Positions 57,801 to 64,000 of a stretch of DNA of 64,000 bases are shown piece after piece; position 1 is the first letter of the stretch, and the number at the start of each line of letters is the position of its first letter. Both the position numbers and the translations under genes were made by a program. The stretch is from Callorhinchus milii (Eukaryota). The stretch is from positions 67,768,001 through 67,832,000 of the forward strand of contig NW_024704742.1 of NCBI RefSeq assembly GCF_018977255.1, in the 5' to 3' direction. The notes beneath the pieces were generated by a model. It did no database searches. It saw only the letters and a program-made list of their open reading frames with translations, and was not told the origin of the DNA.

Positions 57801-60800
57801 ATCGTCTTATTAACAGTCCCATTTGCACCAATGACTGTAGGAACTATGTTTAATATATTTCTTAATCTGCTCTAGTTCCTTATTTCTTATGTTCTAATCA
57901 CTTTTTTATTATATTATTATTATCTCCTCTAGGTGTATCCAGAAAAAATTTACAGAATTGGAGAATGTTACAGCACCAAAAGAGGTTGTCAGACCCATCA
58001 AATCTATCAAATACTAGTGCTTTTTTCCATATGACCCACTTAGTCTAATTCCTCACAAAATTCCCTTGCAGTTCCCAACCCCAGCTCGCCAACCCAGCAC
58101 TGTGAAGCAATTTGAGATCTCCTAATGTGCAAGGCGCTGTATCAATGTAAATTGTGTTGCATCAACCGCCAATGGTCTCTTGTCTTCTCTGACGCCATTT
58201 TGGGGTTAACATCTTTAATTTGTGGTATCTCTTAATAAGCAATATACAGCGAGTTGTTCGGATCTGGAATGCATTGCCTGAAAGGGTGGTGCGAGCTGAC
58301 TCGATAACAACTTTCAAGAGAGAAGTCAATAGATATTTGGGGAGGGCAAGTTTGCAGGGATATGGGGAGAGAACGGGGGAGTGGGATTAATATGGATAGC
58401 TCTTCCAAAGAGCCGGCACAGACACGTTGGGCCGAATGGCCTCCTTCTGTGCTGTGATTCTGTGCTATGATTCTATGATTCAATCCAGTAGAAATTCCCG
58501 TCGACCAGCAGGAACTAAGCTCCAAAATGCAGATGGCGCCAGAGTGGAGATCCCGTGAGTTGGGGGCTGACGTGACCTTTGGTTACTGGAAGGAATCCTA
58601 ATTTGCATAACTTGTAATTTTTTATTAAGAAATAGCCCGAAATTAGACCCGTGGTTTGTTTCAGATACAAAAGGGCAAAGATGCTGAGCAAGTTATCAGG
58701 TGCAAGGATTATTATTATTTGTTAAAATGCAAGACATCCTGATACAAAGTGTGGGGGGTTGGTCTATAGTAGTGTTAGTAGCAGTACATTTGGGATTACC
58801 TGCCCCTCTGTACTCTCTTCAGACAGGGTTACGTTGAGAAAGGGAGACACCTAGTATAGAAAAAGGGGTTATGAAATCCTGTGAAAGCCTGCTGTTCGCA
58901 ATACTGTACGTTCTTTTATGTGACATGATCACAACACAGAGACCTGAAATTTCCCCCGCTCTTAGCCTTACAGCCATCGTTTTCAAATCTAAGGTCAGGC
59001 AGAACATTAAGAAAAATCTTCAATTTGTGCTCAAATCAGAAGCTAGGTTTCTGCAGTTTTCTTACAAATAATTGAGCCAGTCTGGAGGGGGAGGAAAGGA
59101 GGGAGGGAGGAGGGGTTTAACAGATGGTGCTATCGTAGGGAAATTCCTTTATAAAAGTGGGGAACCAATAAATTGGTGGAAGCGTTCCATTCATCGTCAC
59201 GGATATCTGTGGATTGATGAGCTACTGTGAAAATAATGACCAGGTCTTCAATAATAATACTTGCATTTAATATGGCGGCTTATCATGTCGTTGAGTCATC
59301 TCAAAGCGCTCCACAGAATATGCTGTAAAGTGAATTGACTGTATAATTAGTGAGCGAAACGCAGCCGCCAATTGCGCACAGTAGTGTCCCACAAACAGTC
59401 ATGGATTGAGTGACCAAATCATTATTATTATTGAAGAGACTATTATTGTGGATTCAAGACCCACATCTGGACTTGGAATCACCAGATGACACTGCAATGC
59501 AGTGCTGGGCGTCTGTTACATTGTGGGAGATGCTGTACTTCGGATGAGATGTTAAATCGAGGTTCCATCTGCCTGTTTAGGCAGACATAAAACATCCCAT
59601 TGCACTATTTGAAAAGTGAAGGGAATTTCTCTCTCCTGATGTCCTGACCAACAAATCCCCCAAATAAAATTGGTCACTTGTTTCATGGCTGTTTTGTAGG
59701 ACATTGCTGTGCTCAATTGTGCTGCTGCATTGGCCTACAAATACACAGTCACTCCATTTCACTGTAAATCTTGTGAACCGCTTTGAGACGTCCTTCCGAC
59801 GTGATAAGGTGCTACACAAATGCAAAGATTATTATTACTCTTATTCTGCCATGTTTGCAGCAGAGTCAGACTGTGGGCTGGGGTCCAGCAGGAAGGCAAG
59901 GCTGGCAATCGGTGACCGTTACCTTGGCAGCGGCTGTCACCGCGGCGCTGGCTGCCACATTCAATCCCCGTCTCCCAAACTGCACCACCGCTTCATAGCT
60001 ACGATCTTTGGCTTGGCTCAGGTACTCGTCAATCTCCTGCAAGACAGGAAATAAAGGGGAGCAGGTCAGGTGGATATTTTATAATCCTCACACTGGGTAT
60101 CACACCTGGAACACGTAGAGTTCCTGTAGAGTTTTGATTAGAGCACTCGCCTCGATTCCCAGGCAGGGCGAAACTTCAGGCAAGTTTCCTTACTCCACAA
60201 GCCTCTGTTTCCCCAGCAATAATTAGCAACCCGGTTGTTCGTCGATTAGCAGAACGCTTTCCAGGAGTAGTAAACCCTTAAAAAAAGCTCAATCCACGAC
60301 TGTTTGTAGGACACTGTTGTGCGTAATTGGCTGCCGGGTTTCACCCACAAAATACACAGTCAATTCACTTTACAGTATATTCTGTGAAGCGCTTTGAAAT
60401 GTCTCAATGGCATGATGAGGAGCTATATCAAATGCAAGGATCATTATTATGCAGAAATGTCTCAACATGCTTACTAATGATAATAGTAATAACTATTTTT
60501 ATTTCTGGCATTTAACTCTGTTTTAAGTACTAAGAGTACTCTTCTTATATATAGAAACAATTTTCAATTTCATGACTTTATGCTCCATTCCATGACGTTC
60601 ATCTGTTCCAAAATTAACAATAATAACAAGAATAATACTCATACTTGAGACAGTGCCTATAACACTCAACCATCTCAAGTATTTTGCACGTAATTTCTGT
60701 ATATTTGTGTAAATATGTAGACAATATAGTGACTGTATATTTGTAGGTAAACCCGGCAGCCACTTGGCACACCGCAATGTCCCACTAACTGCCAAGTAGT

Positions 60801-63617
60801 GAGTGACAAATTTCTACCTGAAAGATTTGGGAGCCAGGACACCAGGAGAAACTCCCTTCTCTTTTTGGATAATGTCACTGGTCCTTTAAGACTCCCCCCA
60901 CACCTCAGTTTAAAGTTCTCGTCTGACAATGCATTGCACCCCCAGCACAGCACCGACTGATGTGTCAGCCTAGATTGTGAGTCCCAACACTACTTACCCT
61001 GGAACAAGCAATAATAATAACAATCATCATTATCATTATTAATCAAATATTACTATTAATCATTATTTTTTACTTTTATCATTATTATTAATAATCCTAG
61101 CATTTGACATGGCGTCTTATCAAGTCACAACAACGACTTGATAAGGCGCTATATCAAATGCAAGGATTATTATTATTATTATTATACCAGAGCTTCATAG
61201 GATTCATTGCAGTGTAGTGACTGTGTATTTTTAGTAGCCATTGAAATGAGTTGAGAACGTTAAGCTGTGTGTTTGAACAAATCCCTGGTTTCCCTCAGCT
61301 TTTCTTCTCCCCCCACCCCCCAACCCATCCCCACCCGAAAAATGTCCCCTCTTGCTTGGGAATATAGAAATGTGCCGACCTGGAAAGACAATTATAAACC
61401 ATCACAGTTCATCCAGCCAATCCCATTTTAAAGTACTGTAATTTTTCTCTCTCTTCTCCTACTGTCTCCCTCTTTCTCTCACTCACTCTCTTTACTGAAT
61501 ATGGTGTATGCAGTATATAGTTTAGGACGTAACATGTCATGAGTCTGTCAGGTGGAAGGTGATCTGGATGCACCTTGGTCTTTCGTCTAGTAATTCTTAT
61601 ATTCTTTACAACCTTTATGCCTTTAGACTAACTCTAGGTTTGATGAGCTAAAGTTAGCACAGAGGAGTGTTTACATCACGGATCACGGGGTTAGTGTTTA
61701 GGAGCTGGCTACCTGCCCTCAGTCATGGGTTGAGCACATTACAGCAGCTTCTAAGAGATCGGGAAGATCAACAACATTGTTCAGCCTTGCCCAATTTGGC
61801 CTGGTGCCCGCTGCTTCAGTGAGTCCTGTACAGGAACGAGTGCTGTGGGGACATTAGAATCATAGAATCCTATATCACAGAAGGAGGCCATTTGGCCCAT
61901 CGTGTCTGTGCCAGCTCTTTGAAAGACCTATGCAATTAGTCCTACTCCCCTACAGCTTCTCTATAGCGTTGCAAATTTTTTCCTCTTCAAGTAAATATCG
62001 AATTCCCTTTTGAAAGTTATTGTTGAATCTGCTTTCATTACTCTTTCAGGCAGTGTATACCAGATGCAAGGGTTTCCATCAGTCTGGTGATTAAGCAAAT
62101 GGAAAAAAATGCTATAAATAAAAAGAGTGATGGTGCTTTGTTGTCATAATAATATTAATAAAAACCCTTGCATTTGATATAGCACCTTATCACATCATTG
62201 AGACGTCTCAAAACCCTTCACAGGATATGCTGTAAAGTGGATTTGACTGTGTATTTTGTGGGTAAAATTCAGTAGCGAATTGGGCACAGCGATATCTCAC
62301 AGACAGCCATGGATTGAGTGACAAAAATTGTTTTGAAATTTTTTTTTGAGGGATTATTACCCCCCAGAAAGCGATCTCACTGTCGAAACTTCTCAAAGCA
62401 TTTCACAGGATTTTCTGTAAATTGTGGCGAATGAGTGTATTTTTTTAATGTGAATGCAGCAGCCAATTTGCACACAGCAATGTCCCATGACCAGCCATAA
62501 AGTGAATGATCAATTTTATCTAATGGATTGTTGGACTGAAAGCCCTTCTCTTTTTGCATAGTGCCGCAAGAACTTTAATGTCTTTAACAAGTAAACCGGA
62601 TCTCGGTTTGACGTCTCATCCAATGCAGCAACAAAACAACAACTTGGATTTATATAGCACCCCTCCTGCAGGATAGTGTCTCATTTATATAGCACTCCTC
62701 CTGCAGGGTAGCGTCTCTCCCGGTGCTTGACAGTGGCAGAGCACGACACCGAGCCTACGCACAGTCGAAGAGGAAGATCTTCAGGCGCGATCCGAAGCAC
62801 TGAATTGAAGCGTCAGACTGGACTGTGTGAGCTCAGAGTCACAATGAACCCGCAACCTTTGGATTCAAAAGGCAGAATGCTGCCAATTGAGCCAGGATGT
62901 CATAGCTATCTACTCTAATCCCTTTCATACTAATTCACTCAAGTATTTGTCCAATTCCCTTTTCAACGCTGCTTTGACTTGACCTAAACAACCATTTATG
63001 TCAAGGAGTTGCACACGAGAACCATTCTGTGTGTAAAGGGAAATCTTCTAACTCCTCTCCTTTTACTTGTAGCACAGTCAATCCTTAATTTCTGCTCCAC
63101 TATTAATGTCTTGCCTGATTCTCACTTTTGGGTTGGGGTGGGGGAATTATTGCCCATGATACTGGGAGAAATTCCCTTCTCTTTTCGAATAGTGCCATAA
63201 AATCTTTAACATCCACCTGAACAGCAAATGGGACATCAGTTTAATATCTCATCTGAAGGACGGCACCTCCGACAATGCAACACCCCCAAAACACTGCATT
63301 GGAGTGTCAGTTTAGACTATGTGATTCCAAGTCCCGACATGGGGCTTGAACCCACAACCTTTTGAGTCGGAGGCGAGAGTGCTACCATTGCGCCATGCTG
63401 ACACACAGTCGCTAAACCCACTCCTGCCATGGGTTATTACCCACTCTGTGGCTTTAGGGAGCATGTTGTGAAGCAGCTATTGTTTTATACACTCACCTGC
63501 TCTTTGGAGGACAGTGTCGGGTGCACAAACTTCCTGTAGAGAACGCTGGCTCCTTTCGTGTAAGGAGACAGCAGCCAAACAATAAAAGCGATTTTGAGTT
63601 CATAATAAAATGGAAAC
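43340..63617 (-). CDS. REEP1: Receptor expression-enhancing protein 1 (ER-shaping REEP/DP1 family); 3' part, first exons lie beyond the window
   Basis: Exons 63497-63617, 59923-60036, 53595-53748, cassette 51220-51255, 46530-46696 (or -46675), last exon from 43411. [18 protein letters not shown] is REEP1-type, and IMMT-MRPL35-REEP1 order matches the human locus. Confidence 0.95.
43848..44710 (+). mobile_element. 5'-truncated L2
   Basis: [30 protein letters not shown], and an L2 tail. Confidence 0.9.
45781..45820. repeat. (TAA)n microsatellite, expanded SINE tail
   Basis: About 13 TAA units directly before ccttgcgtttgatat. Confidence 0.9.
46530..46696 (-). CDS. REEP1: Putative REEP1 long-isoform exon, [11 protein letters not shown]...SDDEVEQL...KLPRSE (in-frame TGA at 46689-46691; alternative acceptor at 46675)
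   Basis: Strong acceptor tttccttctcttggccgctcag|; GAG|gtatgt donor in phase 0; 53 open codons after the TGA, joining the long frame of the last exon. Confidence 0.7.
47420..47875 (-). mobile_element. L2 3' fragment
   Basis: Tail plus a purine-rich antisense body matching the other copies. Confidence 0.8.
49130..49630 (-). mobile_element. L2 3' fragment
   Basis: Matches the 31066-31656 copy in reverse orientation. Confidence 0.88.
49715..50152 (-). mobile_element. tRNA-headed Deu-domain-like SINE (family B), near full length
   Basis: Head gtcagcctggcacagtggtagcactctcg...ggttcaagccc; core gaggtgccgttcttcggttaagacgttgaac...caggtggacattaaagatcccatggcac resembles the DeuSINE core as I recall it; same tail as family A. 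Confidence 0.8.
51220..51255 (-). CDS. REEP1: Putative REEP1 36-nt cassette exon ([12 protein letters not shown])
   Basis: Long polypyrimidine tract plus tag|; consensus CAG|gtgagt donor; symmetric phase 1-1 and open. Confidence 0.65.
51803..52187 (-). mobile_element. L2 3' fragment
   Basis: [17 protein letters not shown] plus tail. Confidence 0.88.
53303..53445. repeat. 39-bp tandem repeat, about 3.6 units
   Basis: Unit approximately aaattccacctagccttagcctataagatcaccagtctc. Confidence 0.85.
53595..53748 (-). CDS. REEP1: REEP1 exon ([24 protein letters not shown]...IDNS)
   Basis: 154 nt; G|gtaagc donor in phase 1. Confidence 0.95.
53826..54000 (+). mobile_element. hAT-like transposon end fragment
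   Basis: Begins CAGGGTTGTCCAACCTTTT...GAGGGCCG, typical of Charlie-type termini; no partner TIR found. Confidence 0.4.
55205..55580 (-). mobile_element. SINE family B
   Basis: Same head and core as 49715-50152. Confidence 0.8.
55725..56020 (-). mobile_element. SINE family A
   Basis: Very similar to the 36617 copy, in reverse. Confidence 0.9.
58245..58482 (+). mobile_element. CR1 3' end with (ATTCTRTG)-like tail
   Basis: tggaatgcattgcctgaaagggtggt...ggccgaatggcctccttctgtgctgtgattctgtg; related pieces at 61855-62065(-) and 4880-5005(+). Confidence 0.85.
59923..60036 (-). CDS. REEP1: REEP1 exon ([38 protein letters not shown])
   Basis: 114 nt; canonical sites; amphipathic helix region. Confidence 0.97.
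63140..63405 (-). mobile_element. SINE family B
   Basis: Same head and core. Confidence 0.8.
63497..63617 (-). CDS. REEP1: REEP1 exon ([41 protein letters not shown])
   Basis: 121 nt; cccag| acceptor; CAG|gtgagt donor; REEP homology domain. Confidence 0.97.
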
Positions 63618-63779
63618 CTGGGAACAAACAGGGTGAAATTACATCAAATACAGTCGGGATACACTCAGGCCAGTTCCTCTCATCTAACTGGACAGGGCTC
63701 AATACCTGCCATTTTCAGACCATTATAAAACCATTTCCTTAAACATTAAATCTTGTGCCGAACTTTCAAAATGCCTTCA

Positions 63780-63905
63780 TTTCTCCTTTCTTCTCTCTGC
63801 CCATTTCTTCCTTTCTCTCTCCCCCTTTCTCTCTCTCTCTCTCTCTCTCTCTTTCTCCCCCTCTCTCTCTCCCTTCCCTCTCTCCCCTCCCCTTCTCTCC
63901 CTCTC
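63780..63905. repeat. CT-rich low-complexity tract (another at 27508-27720)
   Basis: (CT)n polypyrimidine runs. Confidence 0.85.
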
Positions 63906-64000
63906 AAGCACCTTAGCACCAAGTAAAGGGGAGACATATTGAAGAAAACAAAAATACAACCATGAACAGCAATGGAAATATAGTGCTCGCAATGTCCTTT

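Overview
Vertebrate nuclear genomic DNA, not prokaryotic. The repeat landscape suggests a cartilaginous fish, possibly a chimaera (inference). It holds the conserved syntenic block IMMT(-) / MRPL35(+) / REEP1(-). IMMT (MIC60/mitofilin) exons 1-14 and the start of exon 15 span 30143 to 1 and include a 15-nt microexon and a GC-AG intron. MRPL35 is complete (4 coding exons, 185 aa) and shares a bidirectional CpG-island promoter with IMMT. The 3' half of REEP1 runs from 63617 to a poly(A) signal near 40056. Introns are dense with decayed L2 and CR1 LINEs, two tRNA-headed SINE families carrying L2-like tails, LF-SINE-like relics, MITE-like pieces and a Penelope-type palindrome. Most entries in the ORF track are repeat-derived or spurious. 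The most notable signals are in REEP1: a last exon readable in two frames, a 36-nt cassette exon, and an otherwise open 167-nt exon with an in-frame UGA-CUG near its start (readthrough, tandem acceptor or nonsense allele). In IMMT, exon 6 combines a recursive-splice-like start with a weak GC donor. Exon boundaries were read by hand; repeat boundaries are approximate; comparisons with human genes and repeat consensuses are from memory, not searches.
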